From: Squalus acanthias | Lineage: Eukaryota | Assembly: GCA_030390025.1 (NCBI GenBank) | Contig: CM059431.1 | Coordinates: forward strand, 159,032,001 to 159,096,000 | Direction of reading: 5' to 3' | DNA: 64,000 nucleotides | Shown here: piece by piece, positions 36,958-48,650 of the stretch | How the letters are laid out: every line of letters begins with the position of its first letter | Numbering within the stretch: position 1 is the first letter of the stretch | Position numbers and translations under genes: made by a program | Notes under the pieces: model-generated | Database searches by the model: none | What the model was told of the DNA's origin: nothing | The model's input: the letters and a program-made list of their open reading frames with translations, nothing else

Positions 36958-37237
36958 ACCTCAGCTCCAATCACCTTTATATTTTATTTTATCCACCTTT
37001 TTATTTGGCCCCCCCCCACCTTTTTTTTTCCTCCTAGAAGCTGGCAGCTGTCCTTCATTCTGCCAGTGGATTTCACATTTCATTCAGCCTTAATCTGTCA
37101 CATTAACACCACCTCTAGCCTTGCATATCTCTTAATGTCTCTTAATGTCTCTTCATCTCCCCCTTTGTTCCTTTATCCCCTCCCCCTTTTCCCAGCTTTA
37201 CCCTGGCCTTAAATCTATTTGATTTCCGGCTCTTCCC

Positions 37238-37274
37238 AGTTCTGATGAAAGGTCATCGACCTGAAACGTTAACT
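37238..37274 (+). ncRNA. Minimal type I hammerhead ribozyme (second PLE copy)
   Basis: Identical to 34038-34074. Confidence 0.8.
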
Positions 37275-39329
37275 CTCTTTCTCTCTCCACGGATGCTGCC
37301 TGGCCTGCTGAGTTTTTCCAGCGTTTTCTGTTGTTATTTCGGATTTCCAGCATCCGCAGTATCTTGCTATCGCTAAAGTAACACTTGTTGCTTCCCTGCG
37401 TGAGCGGAGATTCGTAGAAAATGAACTGGAGGCCCGAGGTAGAGAGCGTGAAGAATTACAGAGCAAACCCGTCCAGAATGAACGAGAAGAAATTCACCTG
37501 AATCAATTGCTGATTTTCACGAAAACAGGCTGTTCTGGGACAACCGTGGTAATTGGGGCCTCGGGAATTGGGAAAAGCACCATGATACGGAAAATAATCC
37601 ATGATTGGGCTGCAGGGAAAATATACAAACAGATTAAAGTTGTCTTTCCTTTTAAGGTTCGAAAAATGAATTTAATAAAAGTAAAAACATGTCTAACTAG
37701 CCTGATCCTGGATTCCTACTCCGACTTCCAGACTGAGTTGGAACTTCTGTGGAAAGGACCCGGAAAGATAGTCTTTATTTTTGATTATTTAGACAAATTT
37801 AACTATCGATTTCACCGAAATTCAGAGAAACAACGACCCCCAATATCAATGTTTCGATCCCGACTGATGCAGTGAAGTGTCAGACATCGTGCGCTGCTTC
37901 ATACAGGGACATCTTACTGAAAGGCTGTTCAGTACTGATCACAAGCCGGCCATGGAAACTGAAGTCACTGGGAAAGGCAAACTTATTTCTAACGGTGGAA
38001 ATTCTGGGTTTCACCTCTGAGAAAATAAAACAATACGTCGGCCGTTATTTTGTAGATGAACAGTTTGCGAAAGATGTAATCGAGTACATTGAGCAGAATG
38101 AGACAATGTACACCATGGGCTATAATCCTCTGTACTGCTCGCTCCTCGCTCTATTATTTTAGTCACACCGGGTACAAGGAGCGGGGGAGAGACCATTGTC
38201 CGTCACAACCAGCACACAGGTACGTCAGAAGCCTTTTCGAGAGATGCAGCTGTGGCGCAGAAACCGCTCAAGACATGTTGCTGAAACTGGGCGAGTTAGC
38301 CTACAAGGGAGTTGCAACAAAACCGTTGTGTTTTATGAAAAGCAAATCAATCATCACAGACTCGAACATTCCAATGTTATCTCTGCGTTTATGATGGAGA
38401 TTCGAGATGAACATCTGTGCAGTGTTGTCTAGACACTCACTCATTCCGTCCTGCATGACTTTGTCGCTGCACTTATGAAAAGTCGAAGCACACCAGGAAA
38501 TGGAGTGACACGATTGCTCAATGAAGGCTACACGTGCATTGACGAGAGATTCAATATATTTTCTCGTTTGCTTGTCGGTGGCTCCTAACGGAATTCAACT
38601 GATCAGCTTGATAGAAAATTGGGGGAAATTCCTTCTCAAGCATTCCCGTGTGTGTCGCATTGGCTCACGGAAAATATCAACAGACGTGTTCAGAACCTGG
38701 AAGATGGGCAAAGCCAAAGGACATTCTTACTGATATCGCATTATTTTCTTCAATTTGGAGACATAAAACGGATGAAGGCCGCATTAACACCGATAAAGAC
38801 AATGGAATTCACATTGTGTCCTCTTATACCTTCTGACCGTGCGGTTCTGACAAATGCACTAATGGCCCTTGAAGTGATTGAAGAGTTGAATCTCAGTACC
38901 TGTGGGATACAACATGAAGGCATCCATCAGTTGGAGCTCCTGCTACACAAATGTAAAATACGCAGGTAATTCACCGAAACCGTTAAAAAGCATTATCAAC
39001 AAATACTGTTTTACTGGGATGTGGGATAATATTAGTTAAAAGCAACAACATTAACTCAATTCGATCAATTAATGAACACATTCCCTAATTCCACTATCTG
39101 CTGTGGTAAATTGAACCGTAAGACACGGCACCGGAGTGTCTGTTCGGGTAATGCCTGAAATTTCTGCGCTGCTCATTTAATTACATCAGATTGGATGTTG
39201 GCAACATTACATTGGAATCCAGCGCACTCTTTGCACCACCGGAGAATGCGGATTAATCAGTAAGATATATTCCCCTACCCTTTAATCATTATATATTAGA
39301 TCGCTGTTGGTAGAAGGACAATATTTCAC

Positions 39330-39620
39330 AGAATCACAGAATCGTACAGCCCATCGTGATTGTGCCGGTTTTTGAAAGAGCTATCCAATTAGTCCCACCA
39401 CCCTGCTCTTTCCCCATAGCCCTGCATATTTATCCCGTACAAGTATTTATAGAATTCCCTTTGGAAAGCTACAACTGTATCTGATTCCACCAGCCTTTCA
39501 GGCAGGGCATTCCAGCTCCTAACGACTAGCTCCATAAATGTTTTCCCTCATGTCACCTCCGGCTTTTTAGCCAATTACGTTAAATCGGTGTCCTCTGCTT
39601 ACTGAACCTTGTGCCAATTC
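39330..39620 (-). mobile_element. Old CR1 3' end in an NLR intron
   Basis: cacagaatcacagaatc tail and gagctatccaattagtcccac match CR1 3'UTRs. Confidence 0.7.
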
Positions 39621-41454
39621 CACATTGTCAGTGACAAAATATCTGTTTTATTTTAAACTGTAACCAAATAACATTGTTATGTTTTGCAGTTTGAATAATT
39701 TATAAGCGAGTTTTAACTGTACTTTTCTAAAATTCCCAATTCCTCGATCACATCAGATTTGCCGAATCAATAATGTTGTTTTTGAGGTCAATGTTGCCAA
39801 ATGAGACAGTTAGATGTGGATTCGCGTCTGCGATTGCTCAAATTCTGATTACTCTCTCCAGCCGCACTGCTGTGCCACGGCATCATCAGAGGAAGGAAAG
39901 TGAGAGGGAATATCACTCCACCCGCTCTGATGCACATTCGAGCGATCTGTTACAATCCCCATCAGTGTATTCTCCAATAGACTTGGGGATGATTTAAGGG
40001 CATTTGCGAACCTCAATGCATCAAATAGATAACTTTCCTAAAATAGAGACAAGATCAAAGGGACGGTCTCTAATTTTACCATAAATTCTCCTATTAATGA
40101 AGAGAATCGTCCTGTGAGAGACATATTTCGTGGATTCCTCTTCACTGCAGCCCAAGAGTTTACAGCATTTAATCTGCCAACCACTCAGTGCCTACTTTAA
40201 ATGTAATAATTTTGTAATGTATGTTTAAATCATGACCACGGGCATTAGAGTAACTTCCCGGTAAAACAAGTACACTTTGTGATTGTCACTGATTTGAACG
40301 CATGCGCTATATGTAAATTGAATTTGAATTACGGGTCTTATATTCGCGTCTTGGATATCCAAAGTGTCCACGTTACATACATTATTTAATTACGAATATT
40401 TACGATCTGTTGCATTGCTACCTATTAATTATTGATTTTGTTTATTTGAGTTTAGACTCAATGAGAATAAACTGGGAGATTCGCGAGTAAAACTGCTCTC
40501 TGCCGTTCTGAAGAAAACTGACTGTAAAATACAGCGACTGGAGAGAGTAATCATGTTTAATATATAGAACAGCACAACTGGAAAGTTATTTATCTATAAT
40601 AATTCTAATGAGTGTGTTAATGATGATCAGGCAGCTCACTTTTCAATTAACATTAAGATGAAAATAATTTAGAAACAGGAAAAAAAGGCACATATCAAAA
40701 GCTTTCTCCCGTGTTTCAGAAATTTCACAGTGATTATTAGCAAGTGGTGATCTTTTTAATGTGTGAGCGTCTTATATAATTTCTGTTTATTTTTCGGTCA
40801 CTGCAGGTTAAAATCTAACGATCTCACAGATCATTGTGTGGAAAATCTGCTCTCTGCCCTCCGTGAAAATGGTTCACTCATCGAGCTTGATCTGAGTAAC
40901 GATAATCAGGATGGCGAACGGGCCATAGACTGACTGATAATACTGTTCCGGCATTGCGCCGTCTCTTCCAGAGTAGAGCTAATCTCAAGGAAATCAGGTG
41001 AGTTTCCGAGTTACCTATTTATTACTTAAATGTTCTTTCACGTGTAAAATGCATTTCCGTTATTTTATTTTGAATAGACCAGATATGGGGAAAATGAAAT
41101 CATTATCTTGTGGAAAATTAATCTCCTTCGCATGTGTAAACACATTTATTTTGAATGAATTTAATAATATTGCTACTCACAGTGAACGGAGGAGTACACT
41201 CCGTACCGATTATTTTTTTTCGTTATTTTAATATTTGTCAGTTTGACTCACAATGAATTCTCTGCAGAAGGACTGATAAATCTGAAGTCGGTCAGTGTAT
41301 CGGATCATTTGACTGTAATTACAGAATTAATTATTACTTAACATGAAGATTGTTTGATTCAATTGTGTTGTGTATATTTTGTAGGTGATACTCTATTTAA
41401 TCAGGCCAATTTTTGAACATTTTCGGGATGTGCTCCAGAGAGAAAATAAACAAC

Positions 41455-41860
41455 AAGCGAGCGCAGGAGATGCAACACCTGCTCTTTCCTTTCCTCCCTT
41501 ACCACTGTCCAGGGACCTAAGTACTCCATCCAGGTTAGACAGCGATACACTAGTAATTCTTTCAATTTATTATACTGTATTCGCTGTTCACGACGTGTTC
41601 TCCACTACAGTGGGGAGACTAGTGCAGAATCAATCATCGCTTTGCTGAACACCTCTGTTCACTCCGCAAGCGTGACCCTGAGCTTCGTTTTGGCTTGCCA
41701 TTATAATTCTCCATCCCACTGTGACCTCGTTGTGCTCGGCCAATGATGCTCATCGGAAGCTCGCGGAATGGTACATCATCTTTTCATTAGGCACTTCACA
41801 ACCTTCCGGAACGAACACTATGTTCAACGACATTAGATCATAAACACTGCTCCCATTGTT
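41455..41860 (+). mobile_element. Old PLE GIY-YIG/3' remnant
   Basis: gcgcaggagatgcaacac...ttcaacgacattagatcataa aligns by eye to 33355-33760. Confidence 0.8.
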
Positions 41861-42228
41861 TTATGACAGCAAATCCCGGTAATGCTTCTACTGTTGCCGT
41901 TGGATGTTATCACAGAATTCAGAGCCGGAGCTCAGGTCTCAGCTCGCTGAGATTAGAGATGAAACTGTGCACGGTGTGACTCAGAGACAACAATGTTTCC
42001 ACGAATTTGATGTCCTCAAGTGAAGAGGAGTTATTCCAGAGATGGGCAGATATAATTCCGTCCCAATTTGAAAGGCATGCATATTGCCATTATTTTTAGA
42101 TGAATAATTTAATTTGCAATAATCTTTTGATACATATTGATAAAACTATTGAAAATTTAGTTTGTAGAGCGGTAGAGTTCACTGATGCCATGGAATTAGT
42201 CTGCAAGGAACTGAACAATGATATCGTG

Positions 42229-42350
42229 AAGAAAATCAGAAAATGCTGGAAATACTCAGCAGGTCAGGCAGCATATGTGGAGAGAGTGACAAAGTTAACG
42301 TTTCAGCTCGAAGATCTTTCATCAGAACTGGTAAAAGTTAGAGATGTAAC
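42229..42350 (-). mobile_element. PLE terminal fragment containing a hammerhead motif (42293-42329)
   Basis: Minus strand agtt-ctgatga-a-agatc(ttc)gagct-gaaa-cg-tt-aact, then ctctccacatatgctgcctgacctgctgag as in the PLE 3' end. Confidence 0.75.
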
Positions 42351-43760
42351 ATCCCAGACAAGCCAATAGCCCAGGATAGTCTAACCCTTGCATATCCAGT
42401 GCCTCAGGGTACTCTGACCATCCACATGCCCATTGGCCAGGGAATCTTATCCTCTACATAGCCCGGGGTACTGTAACCCTAAGCATTCCCAGTAGCCATG
42501 GATATGCTGAGTCGATGCCTAGCCCAAGGTACTCTGATCGACCCAAGACCCAATAGCCCAGGGAACGCTGACATTCTATTGGCCCAATATCCAGGGTACT
42601 CTGAGCCACTACAGTCCCAATTGCACAGGAATCTCTGACACTCTACGGGCCCAATAGCAGATGTTAATCGGAACCTCTGCAGGCCCAACAGCACAGAGCA
42701 TTCTGACCCTTTACAGGCCCAATAGCAGAAGATACTCTGACCTTCTGTCTTGCCCAGGGCAGGCTGTCCCTCTGCAGGAGCAATAGCCCAGGACGACTGA
42801 ACCACTGATTAGCTCAGGCTGGACTGACTCTCTATACAGCCCAGTAGCCAAGGGTGTCCTCTATATACCCCAGAATGCTTTTGCACTCTTCATAGCCTAG
42901 TGTACCCTGAAATATTACAGGACCAATACAGAGGAGGCAATTTCGCCCATCGTGCCTGTGCCAGCTCTTCTGTCGAACTATCCAATTAGTCGTACTCCTC
43001 TGTTCTTTCATCATAGCCCTGAAATTGCTTTCCTTCATGTATTGTTTCCAATTTTCTTTTGAATGTTACTGTTCGGTCTTCATCCTCCACCCTTTCAAGC
43101 AATGAATTCCAGTTCACTCTCTGTCCAGTAGCTGAGGGTACTCTGTACCTTAGCATTGCCCATTGCACGTTGGCGCTCTGATCCTTTACAGACTCAATAT
43201 CCCAGGGTACTCTGAGTCTCTACTGCCCCAACAGTTCGTGGTATTCTGAAGAACTACAGCCTCAATTTCCCAGGGAACTCCGACACAGTGCATGCGCAAA
43301 AGCCAAGGGAATTCTGACCCACTGCATAGCCAAAGGTAGTCTGAGAATATACAGTCCTAATAGCAAAAGTAATCTGAATCTCTATATAACCCAGGGCACT
43401 CTCAACCTCCACAGATCCAATAGCCCCGGGGAAATCTGACACTCTGCAGATTCAATAGCTCAGGGTATGCTATCCCTCTTTATAGCCCAGGGAACTCTGA
43501 ACCTCTACAGGCCCAATAGACCAGTGAACTCTTAGCCTCTTCAGGCCAATATACCAGTGTACTTTTTTCCCTTTTTATACACAAGGTACTATTAACCTCT
43601 ACATATCATCACAAGGTAATCTGACACTCTACATAGCACATGGTACTCTCGCCCTCCGCAAAACACAGGGCAAGCTTTGCATCTGCCTCGCCCAATAGCC
43701 GAGAGTACTCTGAGTCTCGACAGGTACAATTTTGCAGGGAATGGTGACACAATTCAGCCT
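42350..43760. repeat. Second degenerate ~34-bp minisatellite array, same family and orientation as 4990-8175
   Basis: cccaatagcccagggtactctga motifs; CR1 tail fragment inside at ~42925-43110. Confidence 0.85.
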
Positions 43761-43774
43761 AATTTTCCCTTCTA

Positions 43775-44255
43775 CTAGACTGATTCCTGCGATAAGAGGG
43801 ATGTCCTTTGAGTCGTCATGGTGTAGAATAGGCCTATATTTTTTGTAGCTTGGAAGAAGAGGGGTGATCTCACTGAAACGTATGAAATTTTTCGAGAGCT
43901 TAGCAGGTTAGATGCTGAGCGGATATTGCCCCTGGCTGGAGGATCTAAAACTAGGCATCATAGTTTCAGGATGAAGGGGGCGGCCCTTTACGACTGAGAT
44001 GAGAAGAAATGTATTCACTCAGACGGTTGTGAATATTTGCAATTCTCTAGCCCAGAGTGCTGTGGATGCTCAGTCGTTGAGCATTTTCAAGGCTGAGATC
44101 GATAGATTTGTGGTCACTAAGGGAATCTAGGGGGAGATAGTGGGTAAGATGGAATTGATGTAAAAGATCAGTCATGATCTTATTGAATGGTGGAGCAGGC
44201 TTGAGGGTCCGCTCGGTCTACTCCTGCTTCTAATTATTATGTTCTTATGTTCTTA
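43775..44255 (+). mobile_element. CR1 3' end
   Basis: Degenerate RT C-terminus and ttatgttcttatgttctt tail. Confidence 0.85.
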
Positions 44256-44669
44256 GCCGCTGAGAAAGTGACCGAGAGAAGCCACAGGCACAGGGGCATT
44301 CCAAAACCCAATTGAAATAGGCTCGAGATCACTCACTTCTAAATGAAACAGCAATGGATGGGAAACATTACAAGATTTGACCCTTTTTGATGAACCAATA
44401 AGTGTTACAGTGGGTTTCACCAGGATCACGCAAAAAAACCATCACAAATGCCCCTTGTAGGCATATGGGATGGTGCCATCAAAATAAAAAAGATGCAAAA
44501 TAAGCATCAGGTGCCACCAAAACAAAAGGATACCTTCCCAACTAAATGAGGATATGCTTATTGATGGCTAAAAAAACAATAGGCTGGAAATTCGTCTCGG
44601 GCGGTGGAGAAAAACTGGCGGTATCGGATCGGCCGCCCGTTATACGCAGCCCTTGATTTAAATTCTATT

Positions 44670-45556
44670 GCAGTCAAGAAGAAAGCTGCAGACTGCAGGA
44701 AGATATCAATGAACTCGTTAGGTGGGCAGAACAGTGGCAAATGGAATTCACTCTGGAGAAGTGTGAGGTAATGCATTTGGGGAGGGCTAACAAGGCAAAG
44801 GAATACACATTAAATGGCAGGACACTGAGAAGTGCAGAAGATCAGTGGGACCTTGGAGTGCATGTCCTCAGATCGCTGAAGGTAGCAGGACAGGTAGATA
44901 AAGTGGTTAAGAAGTCATACGCGATACTTGCCTTTATTAGCCGAGGCATAGAATATAAGAGCAGTGAAATTATGCTTGAACTGTATAAAACACTAGTTAG
45001 GCCGCAGCTAGAATACTGCGTTCAGATCTGGTCACCACATTGAAGGAAGGATTTGATTGAACTAGAGAGGGTCCAGAGGAGATTTACGTCGATGTTGCCT
45101 GGTCTCGGGAATTTTAGCTATGAGGAAAGATTGGAGAGGCTGGGGTTGTTTTCTTTGGAACAGAGGAGGCTCAGGGGAGATGGAATTGAGGTGTATAAAT
45201 TTATGAGGGGCCGAGATAGTATGGATAGGAAGGATAATTTCCCTTAGCACAAGGGTCAATAACCAGGGGTCATAGATTTAAAGTAATTGGTCGCAGGTTT
45301 CGAATGGATTGGAGGAGAAATGTTTCCACACAGAGGTTGGAGGGGGTTGGTCTCACTGCCTGAAAGCGTGGTAGATCCAGAGACCCTCATCACATTTAAA
45401 AAGCACTAGTAAATGCACTTGAAGTGCAAGAACCTACAAGGCTACGGACCAAGACCTGTCACGTGGGATTAGGGTGGATATCTCTTTATCGGTCACCACG
45501 GACAAGATGGGCCGAATGGCCGCCTTCTGTGCTTTAAATTTCTATGATTCTATGAT
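44670..45556 (+). mobile_element. CR1 3' portion
   Basis: EKCEVMHLG...LYKTLVRPQLEYCVQIWSPH; tail ttctatgattctatga. Confidence 0.9.
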
Positions 45557-47889
45557 AATATCTTGCGATGCCCCCGGTTTGGAATGGACTCAAACATACA
45601 GCAGGTGGTCCCTGCACCCTGGCATGGGCAGCCAGAGCGACCCCACTGTGGCCCCCGCCAGGCCTGGACCTACAAATTGCTGTCTTATTCAAAAGATTGG
45701 GATTAGCGAAAGGATGGGGAATCTTTAATAGATCGAGAACTCTCAATCGATTGAAAACCGTCAATAATTTGTGAAATTATCAATAGATTGGTAATCGATG
45801 AATCGAATCAGGAAACATTAATTGTACTGAGATCATGAAGAAGCGGCAAAGATATGCGAAAAATTAATGATTTTCGTAACATCGAACGTCTGGAACACAA
45901 CGTTCTCTCTGTGTCTATCTCCCCTCAATCGAAAATAACATTTAAAGTGTAGTGAATACTGACCTCAAAATACGCTTCTCCATGGTAAACTACTCCAGCA
46001 GAATTGTTAAATGTTCATTGTTTACATGGGGTGTTTGACATTCCAGCGAAGACGATGGGAGACAAGGGAATGGGGTTATTAAGAGCCTTCGCGAAAAAAG
46101 TAGTTTGTTAAAAATTGGAGCCTCAAAGCTTACACATACAATGATCGAAACTGCACTCTTCGGTTTATGAGACCGACGCCTTTCTACTTGGACATTGCAA
46201 CTCACGGGAGTACAGCATATAATGATGAGCGGGCTAAAAATTTTAAATGATGAAGACAGGTTACAAAGACTAGGCTTGTTTTCCTTTGAGTATAAAAGAT
46301 TAATGGATTCTCTAATTGAGGTGTTAACATGATTACCTGATTTGGCAGGTTTTCTAATTACACATATAATTAAATTGAATTAAATAAAACAAGGTCATAT
46401 AGGGATGGCAGTGCAGGTGGTGTGCCGCAACTGCAGCATGCGGGAGTTTGTGGAGAGCATTGTGATCCGTGACAACCACGTTTGCAGTAAGTGCCTGCAA
46501 CTTGAGGAACTTCAGCTCAGAGTTTTTGAGCTGGAGTCTGAGGCGTAGACATTGCGGGGTTCCAAGGATGGGGAGAGTTACCGGGACAATTTGATCCAGG
46601 AAGCAGTCGCACCCCTTAGGTTAGGAAATGATACATATCTGTTTAGCGGTCAGGGACAGGAGGGTGTGAGTGCAACTCAGACAGCGAAGGGGACCCCAGC
46701 TGAAGTGCTGGAGGCGACTAAGCCTTTGCCATTAGCCAACCGGTATGAGGTTCTTGCTGCATGTGTGGATGAAGGAAAAGCCTGCAGGATGGATGAGCAA
46801 GCTAACCATGGCACTATGGTGCAGGAGCACATCCAAGGGGGGGGAGTGACAGGGAATGTAGTTGTGCTAAGGGACAGTATATTCAGTGGTTTATAGATAC
46901 TGTTCTCCGCAGCCGCGACCGAGAGTTTCAAAGGTTGTGTTGCCTGCCCGGTGCCAGGGTGAAAGACATCTCCTCGCGGCTGGAGAGGAACTTGGAATGG
47001 GAGGGGGAGGATCCAGGTGTTGTGGTCTACGTAGGAATCATCAAAATAGGTAGAACTAGGAATGAGGTTCTGCTGAGGGAGTTTGAGGAGCTAGGCTCCA
47101 AATTAAAAAGCCGAATATCAAGTCAAAATATCTCTAGATCGTTACCTGAGCCACGTGCAAATTGGCATAGGGACAAACAAATTAGAGGTTTAAATGCGTG
47201 GCAAAAAGAGTGGTGTGGAAGGAAGGGATTTCACTTCATGCGGCACTGGCACCAGTACTGTGGAAAGATGGAGGTGTTCCGTTGGGACTAGCTCCACTTA
47301 AACCAGACTGGGACCAAAGTTCTGGCGAACCGAATAGCAAGTGCAGTAGACAGGGCGTTAAACTAATGAAGGGGTGGGGGTGGGAGTTTGGAGGAAAGAA
47401 CCAGTTTAAAAGCAGCGAGAGAAATGTCAAGGCTCTAGAGCAGAGTAGAGTTTTGGGTAAAAATCAGCAGAGTGGGTCAACAAAGGACAGAGAGAGTAAC
47501 CAAGATAATAAGGCATCAGTGACAAAGTGACATCGGGGAAAAATAGAAATATGTCAATGCTGAAGGAGTGTGTTGGATAGTACTGGAGGGGAAGGTAGTG
47601 CTGGACGCGGAAGTAGTACCATATTAGATAGGAGCAGACTAAGAAAGAGTAGGAAAAATTCAAAAATGGGTTTAAAATGCATGTACATAAATGCACAAAG
47701 TGTGGTGAATAAAATTGGTGAGCTACAAGCACAATTAGCGGTTTGGTAACACGATGTTGTGGCAATAACGGAAACGTGGCTTAAAAATGGTGAGGACTGG
47801 GCATTAATATTCACGGGTTAAAGGTGTTCAGAAAAGATAGGGAAGAAAAAAAGGGAGGTGGGGTGGCAGTGCTGATTAAGAAAGACATT

Positions 47890-48650
47890 GGGCCATAAAT
47901 TCGGCACTTGTCGGGTGAGTACGCGTTGTGTACTCACCGGTAAGGCCACCTGAAGTGCCGTGTTCCTGCATGCACAACGCATGCGCGAGAAACCGGAACT
48001 TCCGTTCCCCTGGAGGTAGGGGTTCAGAAGTCGTACGCGTGCGCGGGAGAGGCTGCGCGCACGCAGCGAACTTTGATTTTTTTTTCAGGCTTCTCCGCGA
48101 AGGTAAGTATGGAAAAGTTGCACTTTTAAAAAGGAGGCGCAAGGCCGGTTTTTAACAAGGTAAGTGTTTAATTAATTACAATTTAATCAGTTTTTCAACA
48201 GGTTTATCTTTTTTAGATACTTTAAAGAAAGGTATGTTTATTTTTAGCACCGTTAAAAAGTATAATTAATTTTCTCAAAAATTGAAATTTTTGTTTAAAG
48301 TAGTTAATTTGTGCAACTTATAGATATTTTAAAAATGTGATGCTTTTTTTTTATTTATTTGAAGTTTAAGTGTGGTTTTGGGGCCGATCTCTATTCATAG
48401 ATTTGACAGGTCCTGTCAAATCTATGAATGAAAATATCCTGCAAGGATTGGCTCTCCATGGCCCACGTGATCCCAGGGGAAGCTTAGAACTAACTGCGCC
48501 CCTGGGATGCGCAAGTACTGCTCACAGGCAGCTGGAGGAGGCCCAGGACCCGAAGACCTTGTGGGCCCAAAGTACAACTGCAGGCATGGTAGTTAAGTAC
48601 GCGCGTGATGCTTGCACCCGCAGGAGGCCGGAAAGCCGAATTTCTGGCCC
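47890..48650 (+). mobile_element. Non-autonomous Harbinger-like DNA transposon (MITE)
   Basis: TIRs GGGCCATAAATTCGGC / GCCGAATTTCTGGCCC; 3-bp flanks ATT/TTT; cleanly interrupts CR1 sequence (compare 11056-11080). Confidence 0.85.

Larger units (their letters stand above)
32123..37371 (+). mobile_element. Penelope-like element in partial tandem: 5'-truncated copy (32123-~34171) plus full-length copy (~34172-37371)
   Basis: Two near-identical RT/GIY-YIG/3'UTR blocks with 3' ends 3200 nt apart; QIKGVAMGTRMGPSYA, YIDD, VYCIRC..CGLLYIGET; CTAAA at both junctions (32118-32122, 37373-37377). Confidence 0.95.
32007..41341 (+). pseudogene. NLR (FISNA-NACHT-LRR, NLRP/NLRC3-like) pseudogene; exons 32007-32122 plus 37378-38965 (split by PLE), 40456-40542, 40807-40997, 41242-41341
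   Basis: IELQHKDTL...K*TK|VTLVASLRERRFVENELEARGR; Walker A GASGIGKS (37555-37578); IFDYLD; VLITSRP; VEILGF; YNPLYC; LRR exons LNENKLGDSRVKLLSAVLKKTDCKIQRL and LKSNDLTDHCVENL; multiple stops and frameshifts; donor at 40543 mutated to GAGAGT. Confidence 0.88.
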
